This document shows positions 52,555 through 63,442 of a DNA stretch of 64,000 bases, in pieces. The position numbers and the translations under genes were made by a program. The DNA comes from Takakia lepidozioides (Eukaryota > Plantae > Bryophyta), in the NCBI GenBank assembly GCA_030704615.1, contig CM060733.1:59334001-59398000 (forward strand). The letters run 5' to 3'. The stretch's first letter is position 1, and each line of letters opens with the position of its first letter. The notes beneath the pieces were generated by a model. It was given only the letters and a program-made list of their open reading frames with translations. It was not told where the DNA came from and ran no database searches.

Positions 52555-55103
52555 CTGCTCATCACTGTCCCACCCTTTGCGTGCTGCTCGTGCTGCGACA
52601 CCCCACACTCAACATCAAGGTGAATCTTTGAACAAGAGACAGCAAGTTCTCTAGACTCTTATGGTTGCTCTTGCCAGAAGGAATGACACCATTCCATCCC
52701 ATGCAACATCGTCAACCCTGTGTCAGTTTGGCTAATTAACTAGGTTTGTGATGGAGCTGGTTGGGTGAGTGGAGCTCTAGATTGAGAGTAAGATATTTTC
52801 TCAAATCCCTAGTCAGATTGACTTTCAGTTTATAGTTCTACAGACATGTAGGCTATTTTTCATTGGTTTTAATATTGGCTGTAGGTGTGAGGAGGACCCA
52901 GCAAGGGGAACCAAAGCCGCATACCCAGTCTGGACCAATCCCTATGTGACCCTCTATGACTCCCAATCCATCAGAAAGGGTGGCCCAGATTCTTTAGATG
53001 AGGGCCAACACCTCCCACTTGGGAGATTTAGCTAACTGACACATTCTGACGTTTGCTAGTTGAGACAGGTTTTCTTTAGAAAGTTTGAAATGATTGGAGA
53101 GACACCATTGCTGCTGGCTGTGTTGATCCAGGGTTGTAGTTGGCAGAGAGATGACCCCTTGGGCAAATGGAAATATGAGTGGTCGGGCTTTGCAGTGCGA
53201 GAGGTCTTACTGTCCCAGTAGCGATTCTTTACTGCCAGCTACAAAAGTTCAAGTTTATTGTGTCAGACTGAGAAGTTGGGCAATATATCATACCGGCATC
53301 ACGATTAAGGTTGCGAGTACGTGGCTTGAACCTCTCCTCACAGCAATCCCAAACTAGTAACTCCCCGTCGAGCACGTCTCTGCTTTCTTCAGTCTGTAAG
53401 TCGAAGCAAATCTAATAGAGAGACGACGCCAACTGAAGTGAGCGTAAATAAGTGCTCAAGAGAGCATATCAGCGTGCTGTACAGCTAATGTGGGCTAGGG
53501 TGACCTACCGTCCTTAAGCCCTCGACATCATGAGTCGAGGTTGGATGGTGTCACATGCCTAATACCAAATACCCATTTTCTGATACAATGTCCGGGGTAT
53601 TCTGATCAGTGACTGTCAGGATCATAGTCCTGTACCTCTATTCACCAACTTTCAAAATCTCAGGCTGAAGCTAAAGCCCTGGCCTCGTCGGGGTCTAAGG
53701 CACTGGGCAGATCACACACAGCAGATTGATGCTTGTGTGGAGGGTTTTCTAGAGGAAATCTGGAAAGTCCGAACACATTGTTTATATCAAGGTAAGTCCC
53801 AATAGTGGAGGAAGCCCCTCACCAAGGTAGTTTGCATGGGGACTACGGCCACAAGGCTATTGCAAACAATGTCTTTTGAGTACATTCTACTAGATTGCTT
53901 GCCCAGTCCTGAAAGGGGTCGGTGCCCGTAAGGGGAAGAGACGGACTCCAAAGTTTTAGCACGGTTGGAATTTCCCTCCCGTATGGCAAATATGTACTTC
54001 AAGGTGGGCCTAATAACGTTGCAAAGCATTGTCCTTTTAACTCAGAATCAATCCAAAGCTAATCTAAGCAATGTAATAGAATGTACTCTTAAGACATTGT
54101 TTGCCGTAGCCTTGTGGCCATTGACCCCACGCCCAGTTTGAGCGGAACACAAAGGGACAGAACCTACCTCTGTCAGGGGCTGACGTTGGTAGTAAGACTT
54201 AACCTTGAAGCAATGTAATAGAGAGCAAGAGGAAGGGAATGAGGTTGATAGTGGACCATGAACAGCAACTTCATACTTCATTTTTTCAAAGGCAATAATG
54301 TGCAAATTCCTTCAACATTATGGTTTCAGCAGTTGATCTTCTTGAGAAAGCATTAATTGCTTATGAAGGTAGGCTGACTGAAGCTGAGACAAAATATTTG
54401 CTGATTGATGTTTATGAATCCTACGCAATCCTTTAGAACCTCATAGTCCAATTCATCTAGTTATTTTCAAGCCACCTAGGACTAGAGGCTGACCGGAGAC
54501 ATTTGGAAGGTGTTGAAGTATGCTTGACATCTTATTGTACATACAAACTCTGGCAGTGGGTAAAGTAGGTGAGATGGCACACCGCTTTGATTTAATTTGT
54601 TGCTGAAGAAGAGGACCAAGTGCAACATTGTATTCTGCATGTTCCTTCCCATATCTGCCCCACCCAGAAACCTAGCAATTCAGCTGACCTTAACCTTGAT
54701 GCTGCATATCTATGCAGCAAGTGTGCAAAAGTGGGCTTGCTCAAACCGGGCAGGTGCAGACCTTGCTTCGAAGTATCCCACTAGAGGTTTGCTTTATTGG
54801 ACAGAGTAGAACAAGAAGAAGAAAGCACTTCAGGAAATATCAAACAGCCCAGAAACTAAGTGGCTCAATGTAGGTAGGCCAGGCTTTTCGGGTCCTCACG
54901 GCTGAAAGTAATTCATTGATTGAATGGCAATGGGCCTTCTGATTGCAATGATGCTAGCAGGTTCAAGTGAGGTAATGCAGAATTGCAAAGGAAACCAAGG
55001 AACAAGACAGTACCGTGACCAAAAGTGCAGGCAATCACCATCCTTGTGTACTTGCATTCGGTCACCATCAAATTTCCACTCGGCCACAACCCTTGCCCTT
55101 CAT
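52555..55103 (-). pseudogene. LIG4: Isolated DNA ligase IV-like exons (55103-55014 and 52592-52555)
   Basis: VVAEWKFDGDRMQVHKDGDCLHFWSR carries ligase motif I (KxDG), with a frameshift just upstream. A micro-exon encodes ARAARKGWDSDEQ. Both are flanked by AG/GT. The other exons are not recognisable. Confidence 0.7.
53790..54210 (-). mobile_element. Degenerate non-LTR retrotransposon RT C-terminal fragment
   Basis: YQRQPLTEV and LCNVIRPTLKYIFAIREGNSNRAKTLESV resemble the post-RT P.LEY...W.G....K.LE block of LINEs. Confidence 0.4.
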
Positions 55104-55419
55104 CTGGATGAGGAGGCTAAAATTAATATGTAAGACAGCAGACAGTGCTACTTGGTAAACATACTCACAACAAAGTTCATACCAGACTCAATCTTGGCAA
55201 AAAGAGATGCAGTAGTGTTTTTAATTGCTCACAAAAAGGCCTCTGGAGAAAAACTGCTAACTCATCAGAAATGGATGCCTCACAAATTGGGCACATCGGT
55301 ACCTTTCACCAGACAGCTTAACTTCCTACTCAGACATGTAAGCACTTCCCTAGACTAGACTTTAAATAAGGGCGCACTTGTGGGAGGGTCCTTCAGGAGC
55401 TATGACCCCCATTGCTTTT

Positions 55420-55860
55420 TCCATGCTTGAAAGAAATGGAAGCGGTGATGGCCTTCATCCAGTAGGCCCACATGACTACAGGCCAAATGTTAGTGATGAC
55501 CACTAACATTTGTGTTGCATTTGCACAAACAGTTGAATGGCCTCCTTACATACCCACAGAGGCCATATATGGGCAACATCACACTCCAAGAAACCATATC
55601 TCATTGCGACATTGTAGAACACTGACAGACACTGTTCCACATTTAGCATACATATCTACAAGGGTAATCTGTAGAATGATATATGGCAGAATCCATGTCA
55701 GTACGGACCTCTCTGCAATTTCCCATCACCTCGTTTGGCTTCACCCCTCCTGTATCATTTGTCTTATACATCTCGAAAGCCTCCCTCCCACAGCCATACT
55801 AAGCATATCCTGTCATCATCATATTCTGCGCATATGTCAAACACTTCATGGACATCCTTG
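55420..55860 (-). pseudogene. Degraded PLS-class PPR fragment
   Basis: Remnants KDVHEVFD, MMTGYA*YGCGREAFEMY, QMIQEGVKPNEV, LVDVYAKCG and ACSHVGLLDEG, with deletions and stops. Confidence 0.75.
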
Positions 55861-56157
55861 AATGGGGCGGAGAGGAGGGTAGCACCTGGTGAACACGTTC
55901 TCTACCCGGTTACCTTGTGGAGAGGGGGTTAGGGACATGTTCATGACCGGTTGAGTGTCAACACGGAGGTGCCACTAATTGTTGGGGACAGTGCCGGTTC
56001 GAGCACTAGCGATACTATTGGGTACACGAGACGAGGTGTGCGGTTTAGGCCACCTTCACCTCCTGTGTCTTCTACGGAAGGTTCTGATTCGGATTGTGAA
56101 TCAGGAGGACTCATACTGGCGGTGCAAGTTGTTTCCTTGCCATTGTTGTGGGACACA

Positions 56158-57203
56158 ATGGAGGAGATGTATAGAGCAACCAATGGGCCACGAAGGTACT
56201 CTGGGGCGGTGGGCACCATCGAGTTGGATGATTTTATCCAAGAGTTTGATAGTTGGTGTGATTTGCAGCAAATGTGCAATCCACAACTATTTACGCCTTT
56301 CATGGCATGGAAGAGGCTGTTTCAGCACCTTGAGGGGCCGCCTATGGATGATTACCATGAGTTCAGGCGGGGGCATGAGGTTGAGATCGAGGAGTGGAGG
56401 ATGTACTGGTCACCCGACTATGTCTCCATCACTAGGGGCACTAGAGCCACGAGGGCAGTGGCTACACCTGCCGCTGCACCGGCAGCTTCAGCAAGCAGCA
56501 GTTGGACTAGTGGGACTGGTGGTACAGTAGCTACGACGTCCACCCAAGCCACTACCGCACCAGCACTAGTACCCGTGCCTGCCTTCAACCCTGTTGTGGA
56601 GTTCTTCGAAGAGTTGAGAGGGAACTACCAAGGGGTGATGACAGAGAAGTTGCGGAGCTTGCAAGAGTTCCAACGGAAGCCGACCGAGAGCTTGAGGGAG
56701 GCTTTCACTCGCATGAGACGCTTGATAAATGTAACCCAAGGGGTTACGGAAGCTCAGGCAGTCCAATTCTGGTATGGGATATTGGACAAGGAGCTGAGGA
56801 GAAGGGTACGGGATGCAACTCTCCTACAAGCAGCCCAACCCACCTTAGCAAATGTGTTTTTGCTGGCAGAGCGGATAGAGCTCAACATGGTGGGTGGTCA
56901 TGGTGGGATTTGCTAAGGAGACACCACGGGGTAGTGGTGCTCCTAGCCAATCACTACCTCAACGTACTCAAGGCAACAAGGAGGCTCAGGTGAAGCTCAG
57001 GGAAGGGCAGAGATGACCTCAGATGCAGGGGTCTCTCCCTTCATTTGTTTGCCAACAACGGGCGGATGTGGTGTGCTGGACATGTGGAGGACCCCATGTC
57101 AAGAAGGATTGCCCAGAGGGAGGCAAAGGGCCGGCACATGCACAGCCTGTACAGTTGCAGTGTGGGCATTGTGGCAAGCACGGGCATGGAGAGGCCCAGT
57201 GTT
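56158..57203 (+). pseudogene. gag: Gag with two CCHC zinc knuckles
   Basis: Capsid-like LDDFIQEFDSWC and LQEFQRKPTESLREAFTRMRRL...FWYGIL. Knuckles CWTCGGPHVKKDC and CGHCGKHGHGEAQC, followed by RGG-rich sequence. Confidence 0.85.
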
Positions 57204-58139
57204 ATGGTTTGCATCCTGAGTTGCGCCCAGACCAGTTCCAAGGGAACAATGGTGGACGGGGGCGAGGTGGACCAGCCCAGAGAGGACGAGGTGGCCAGGC
57301 ACGAGGTGCAGGCCAAGGGCAAGCTCAACATGGCCAAGGACGCGGAGGTCAGGGTGTTGACCCAAGGCATGGCCAACCGGCTTCAGCAGCTAGAGCAGAG
57401 GCTCGCTGCCATGGCTACAGCTCAGGTGGTACCGGCTCCAAGGCCGGATGGTCCACCTCCTGCTCATGAGGGAGGAGATATGGGAGGCATGGGATTCATG
57501 TGCGGAGCAGCACTACCACTAGTGCAGGTGGAGTCTGCTGCAGCCGTGACTCGAGGAGCAGCACGAGTTCCTGAGCCACGAGGTGTAGAGGTGGAGTTGG
57601 ATCCACAGCGTGGGGAGGCAAGCCGTCAGGCTAGGCTTCCTTAGTCATTCACATTGGCGGAGATAGTGTCGACACCATCCATGGCACCTAGTTCTCGCCC
57701 GACTGTTACCGAGGCGGAGGTTACTATGCCATTGGGGAGAGCTACATGGGTAGCACCACTACCTAGTGTTGCCAAGGCTACGGCAGCTAGTGTGCTACTA
57801 GGAGCGGCCACATCTGTGTGCCAGGCTCCATTGTTCTCGGCTACCATGATTGCGACGCCGAGGGTAAGACCAGCTGAGGTGTTCAGGCTGGCAGCTACAC
57901 TCTGTGAGAGTGGGGAGGTTACTTCATCTTCTACAAAGATAGTGGGAGGTATAGTGCCGGAGGGATCCTCGGATTTGAGGGTCAAGACTGCCACAGCGGC
58001 GCCATGGCAAGCTGCAGCTGCCAGGTTGATGGAGTTGTCAGCTAGGCCAGCCATTGAGCGCGCCATGGTTACACCTGGAGTTATCATGTTAGACAACCAG
58101 GATGGCATTTTCTGTTTGAGTGGACCGGCAGGCAAGAGG

Positions 58140-58430
58140 TACTGGCCATTGTGGGTCTTGTTGGACTCGGGAGCTCAGCCATTGATGCTGGGCAGAGCTG
58201 CTATTGCAGGCTTGGGCCTCACGGAGGTGGATATGGAGCCTTGTCCTTTCCAGATATAGACGTCTCTGGGAGGATCGGAGCAGGCTCGGGGCATGACATC
58301 AGACTACGGCCGGATCACCCTACAGATGGCTCAGTGATGCGAGCCAAGGCCATTGTGATAGACGCGGTCTCATACGATGTCCTGGTTGGTGGGGCAGTGT
58401 TGTACCCCATGGGCTTCACTCTGGATTGGA
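58140..58430 (+). pseudogene. Retroviral-type aspartic protease
   Basis: VLLDSGAQ active site and a YDVLVGGAVL C-terminal motif, separated by a stop and frameshift. Confidence 0.85.
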
Positions 58431-58857
58431 GGAGTCAGCTTCCTATAGGCATGCATGGCAGTCAGGGGAGAGTCGGCGTATGCAGCTCCCTGTGACGTTC
58501 ATAGGAGGAGTTGCGGTTGCCCAGCGAGGCAAGATGCCGACACTAGCAGCATTCACAGCGGCAGTGAGTTGGCCTGAAGAGTTGCTTGAGGGCAACGCTC
58601 ATTCAGAGGATGTGCCACCTCCGGGAGAGCAGGATGACATGTATGGTATGGCGGAGTTGCCTACCATGGTTGCTCAGACTCCATTGTGGGGCACGAGCAA
58701 GGATTTGCAGCGGGTTGCTGATCGACGGGTACAACAAGCCTAGGTGGAGGCTTTTGTACCATCAGGAGAGGAGGAGAGTGCGGGGATTGCACCAGGACCA
58801 CCTCAGTTGTCTCCATTGGACACCACATCTATTGTGTGGCAGTATCCGGATGAAGGC

Positions 58858-59790
58858 ATTTGTCTTCTGGACTTGTTTGGCGGGATCAGCACCGGATTGG
58901 CTGCTGTGTTACAGGCAGGTGTACGAGTTCGGCGTTACCTGTATGTGGAGAGGGATGAGACTGCACGATGCATTTCACTTCACCATGTTGCTCAGTTGGT
59001 GCAGCGGTACCCTGAGTTGTTGCCGGTGTCTGCAGTTCGTGGATATCAGCAGGCCTTGCCAGCAAACATTTCGTTGCTGGGGGCGCAGGATTTGGAGCGG
59101 GTTGGCTTCATTGATCTGGTAGTGGCAGGTTGGCCCTGCCAAGGGCATTCATCAGCCGGGCATGGCAATGGATTGCGAGACTCGAGGTCGGGTCTGTTTT
59201 GGGAGATGGTGCGGGTTTTGCGCCACTTGCAGCTTCATCAAGCTGTATCTCCAGCATACATCTTGGAGAATGTGCCACTGATGGGCGATTCTCGGGCCAG
59301 AATGATGGCCAGTGTGCATCAAGTCCAGTCGTGGCTTGGGTCAGCAGTGTTCTTAGATGCAGCTACAGTGGGGTCACAGGCTCATCGTCCACGGCTATGG
59401 TAGACTAACTTAATGCCACCCGCACTGCTCAAGCGTGCATTTGATGGGGTGCAGCGGCCAGCACATCTCACAGTGGATAGCATTCTGGACACAGGGAGGC
59501 AATCTCAGCGTGTGAGACACGATGACTGTTTGCCTTTGGCAGTGGTCAACAAGGTGGCTCAACCGCGAGCAGCATTACCTACACTGCTCAGCTTCCCAGG
59601 ATCGCATGCTTTCCGGGATTGTGGACCTGGCCTCATGTGGGATGCTCAATTGCAGCAGTTAGTGGAGCCTAATGCTGACGAGCATGAGAGGGCAATGGGT
59701 TTTACCACTAGTACCACGGCGGTGCCGTCTCTTTCTGAGGCAGCACGTCATCAGGTGTTGGGGCAAGCAATGGATCTCAATTGCTTGACC
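58858..59790 (+). pseudogene. DNA (cytosine-5) methyltransferase domain, DNMT3-like, inside pol
   Basis: Motif I LLDLFGGISTG, II YVERD, IV DLVVAGWPCQ (catalytic Cys codon 59137-59139), GLRDSRSGLFWE, VI YILENV, VIII SQAHRPRLW*TN, IX EHERAMGF, X ARHQVLGQAMD. One frame throughout, with one internal TAG at 59401. Confidence 0.93.
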
Positions 59791-60158
59791 TGCATTATCA
59801 GCTTGGCTATGGCTGAGCAACGCAGAGTGCGGAGTACACTTCCCTCGCTGGTCTCTCTGCCTACCGAGACGGTACAGGCAGTGAGTGGGGGCGAGCATGT
59901 GAGGACCATGGGTGTAGGCATCCATGGCACACGTAGGAGGTGCTCGAGGTTCAGAGGGAGTTGGCAGCCAGGGTGGCGGTGATGGATGAGGTTGGGGATT
60001 TTTCTCGGGTTGAGGAAGTCCTCGAGGATGAGATGATGGGGCAGGATGAGGCTTTGTCATTGACTGAGCAGGCAGGGAGTACTGCTCAAGAGGTTGCAAC
60101 ATAGCAGCCACTGGACGCGTCCTTTACCTCTAAGCCCACTGGACTTAAGGTTGCAGTT

Positions 60159-61030
60159 ATGGAGGGCAATTGGGAGCCTGACATTGGACCCATTGTCACC
60201 GGAGGAGAGAGACCACGTATACGGCGGTTCCTGAGGGCTTACAGGAATTGCTTTGCCTTCAGCTTTAAGGACTTGGGAGCACTAAAGGGTCAAGAGATTT
60301 GTATTGAGTTGGCCGCTGACCCTATAGATACAGTGACATGGAGAGGTCTTTGATTCAGATGAGGACTCAAGATCTCTGGGAGGCAGGTTTGGTGGAGCTC
60401 TCTGGTGGAGAGTATGCTTCAGCCACAGTGATGCCAGCCAAGAAGGATGTCTATGGCAATTGGACGGAGAGACGTATGTGCGGTGAATACCGGCCTGTAA
60501 ATCGTCAGACCAAGTCCGATAAGTATGCCATGCCAACACCGGAGGAGATCTTTGATACCATCGGGCATGCTAAGGTCTTTAGCACTTTGGATTTACGATC
60601 CGGATATCATCAGTTGCCGATCAAGGAGGTATTGGAACGCTTGAGAGCGCACGGATTGAAGTTGGGAAGTGCAAGTTTTTCCACAACCAGATTGAGTATC
60701 TGGATCACATGATATATCCTGGAGGATTGGGGGTATAACAGACTAACGGCTTATGCTAGCCACTCGAATAACGCTGCAGAGGCTAAATATAGCTCATATG
60801 AGGGAGAGTGCTTAACTGTAGTGTGGGCCGTGGCACACTTCAAGTGCTATCTATATGGCAATCTCTTCACTCTTGTCACGGATCACCAGCCACTCAAGTA
60901 GTTGATGGAGTCAGACAAGCTTACGGGGAAGCCTACATGGTGGGCACTCATACTCCAAGAGTATGACTTTCAGGTTGTGCATCGACCGGGTTTGGTCAAT
61001 CGGGATGCGGATGGATTGAGTTGCAATCCA
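60159..61030 (+). pseudogene. Reverse transcriptase and RNase H with internal deletions
   Basis: YASATVMPAKK...RRMCGEYRPVN...FSTLDLRSGYHQ is joined directly to VLERLRAHGLKL. RNase H motifs YSSYEGECL, LVTDHQPLK and NRDADGLS are present. Confidence 0.9.
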
Positions 61031-61376
61031 TGCACGAGCCAGCAGGATGACACTGGAGCTCGGTGGCATGGTGAGACGGACGAGGAGATGGTGCCGGGAT
61101 GGCACGCATCTGCATTTTTGTGTATCTTGGCATCGGGAGGTCAGGTTGGACCTACAATAGGGATGACTATAGACGGAGTGTTTGAGGACCCTGAGGCTAG
61201 TGATGAGCCAGGTAGTGCCAGAGATATACATGAGGATTCAGCTGTGTTGGACTACCTCCACACGGGAGACACGGCAGCCACTTTGACTGCCAAGGAGAGG
61301 GATCGGATCGTGCAACAAGCCAAGAGGTTCAAGTGGGAGGGGATACACTTGCTCCCGAGTATGGGAGGATGGTCGG

Positions 61377-62460
61377 GTGAGGATTGTGCCTCACCCCACA
61401 CAACGTGCACGGTTAGTGCGGCATGCCCATGAGGAGTTGGGGCATTTTGGAATGCGACGCACTCACAGTTTACTGCAGAGGCAGTATTGGTGGCATGGTA
61501 TGCATACAGAGGTGCAACAGTTCGTGGCTAGGTGCATGGTGTGTGACAAGGTGTGTGCTTCATTCAACGCCCCTACACCACAGTTGCATCATTTACCAAT
61601 CATGAAATTGGGCTACAGGTGGAGTCTTGACTTCGCAGGACCGTTGCCACTGACTATGCGCCACCACAAATATGTGTTGGTGATGGTGGAGCACTTCTCC
61701 AAGTGGATTGAGTTGGTTCAATTGCCTGACAAGGCTAGTGAGGGGGCTGCGTATGCATTCTTGGATCGTGTGCTTAACCGATTCGGTGCTCCAACTGAGG
61801 TACTCACGGACCAAGGGAGAGAGTTCTTGGGGGAGTTTCAAGCTTTGTGTGATAAAGCCTTGATAGACCACCGCACCACTTCTCGGATCATCCTGAGGCC
61901 AATGGCTTGGCAGAGAGAGTTGTTCAGACGGTGAAGAGGGGTTTGCGCAAGTATGGCTTGCAGAAAGGACACCTAGGAAATTGGGATCTTCAGATGCCTT
62001 GGTTAGCCATGAGCTGCAGGTTCAGCAAACAAGCATCACTTGCATCTTTCTCACCATATTTCCTTCTCTTTGGCCGAGAGCCGGATTTGCCTGCAGCCAT
62101 TCGTAGGGACACTGCTCAAGTCCTTAACCTTGATGATCCGGACGTGTGGGTACATGCATGTGATCAGCGTGCAGAGTTGTTCAAGAAAGTCATGCCGATG
62201 GCTTTTGAGAACCTTGCCATTGCACAACACCATGATACGTTGAGGTATGTCACTATACGTGGTGGAGGATATCGTCCTGGGGTTCGGAGGTTTAGCCCTG
62301 GTGACTATGTTTATTTGCAGCAAACTGCTCCTACGACCCTGGATGTCACTGCAAGGCGTGTTATTCTGAGGGTTCGAGAGGTGTTGCCCTCAGGAGTCCT
62401 GATCTTGGACGGTCGGGATGGCATGACTTAGAAGGACCATGTGCGTAATTGTGCGTCATG
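61377..62460 (+). pseudogene. Integrase (HHCC zinc finger + DDE core + C-terminal domain)
   Basis: HEELGHFG...CMVC, WSLDFAGP, LTDQGREF, AERVVQT and SPYFLLFGR. One frameshift near 61880. Confidence 0.93.
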
Positions 62461-62524
62461 TCACCTTCCCAATGTCGATGGCAGAGTTGACCCAAACTTG
62501 GCAATGGTACTTGCAGGTTTGAGG

Positions 62525-62654
62525 TGCATGCTTTGTGGGTCTGCCAAAGGGGCAGCCACCATGCTGGTGTGTGATCAATGCTCAAGGGGTTGGCATATGG
62601 GATGTTTGACACCACCTCTTAGGTTCCTGACGGAGATTGGTTGTGTCCACACTA
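62525..62654 (+). pseudogene. PHD finger at the integrase C-terminus
   Basis: CMLC-x11-CDQCSRGWHMGCLTPPL then, after a frameshift, VPDGDWLCPHY. This is a C4HC3 pattern with the last Cys changed to Tyr. Confidence 0.88.
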
Positions 62655-62924
62655 CTTGGGATAGCGGCAGTGGACATGACTGGAGGCAGCTAACAAAACA
62701 TGGGAGGCCAAGCTCATAGAAGTCAATACACGAGATCCCAAGCTCAAGTTCACAGGTTGCAAGACGGCGACTAACGATGGGGCAACTCTTGCATCCGGCC
62801 TCTTGATCTATCGAGTTTGAGTGTAGTAGGGACAGTGGTGGAGGACTTAGTGAGGCTATGGTAACTATCACATCTTGTGGCTACCTGAACTTAGAGGGAC
62901 CTAAGCACCAGCTAGGGGGGCGAT

Positions 62925-63114
62925 TGTGTGGACTAGTGACTGCCATAGTGGGCAGCATAGTGGCAGCCTAGTGACTGACTAGTTGTAGCCTAGTGGTTGG
63001 ACTAGTGGTTGGACTAGTGGTGGACTAGTGGTATACTAGTGTGTGGTATGCACATGTGTTGTGTGGTTTTGGACAGCGATGTAGTTGTGTAGCGATATGT
63101 ATGCGCACGACAGC
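62925..63114 (+). repeat. First 190 bp of the 3' LTR (family A), rich in ACTAGT/GGACTAGTGGT sub-repeats
   Basis: Starts TG four bases after the PPT. Near-identical to 63443-63631. Confidence 0.8.
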
Positions 63115-63442
63115 TGTCAAGTTATTTTACCACTAGTGTGAAACTAGCTAGGAAATAACTAGCTTTTACATATTGACATTTGGGATTGGCCCAAGTGTCA
63201 ATCTAAGGGTCCAGGCAGATTTAGGCCCTGGAGTGGTTATCTTCACGGCAAGCGCGGGAGGCTCATCTTTCTCGAGTTGAGCCTCACTGCGCCTAGCTAT
63301 AGCGCCGTAGTGTGGATTCCCCATGGCGTGGGGTGCACTTGGCTTGACTTGTATTTGAGTAATGAGTTTATATATGCATGAGTTTATGCTTTAGCTTTGT
63401 GAGCTCGCATGAGCTTGTGCTTGTATTCTTCTACTTTATCAT
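63115..63442 (+). mobile_element. Family B repeat interrupting the LTR
   Basis: Starts TGTCAAG exactly where the two LTR-A copies diverge. Homologous to 43692-44008. Confidence 0.75.

Larger units (their letters stand above)
55862..63114 (+). mobile_element. Ty3/Gypsy LTR retrotransposon (5' LTR missing, degenerate): gag-PR-DNMT-RT-RH-IN-PHD-PPT-LTR
   Basis: Domain order PR-RT-RH-IN. PPT-like AGCTAGGGGGG at ~62910-62920, then an LTR starting TG at 62925. See the sub-features below. Confidence 0.93.

Noticed and set aside
55862-55950. 5' LTR and primer-binding site of the Gypsy element
   Set aside because: No copy of the 62925 LTR sequence lies upstream of gag. The element abuts the PPR remnant directly, so the 5' end appears deleted.
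58858-59790. Host DRM/CMT/MET1 gene or bacterial contaminant methyltransferase
   Set aside because: The motifs are not permuted as in DRM, and there are no UBA, BAH or chromo domains and no introns. The domain is embedded between retroelement PR and RT with the same decay pattern.
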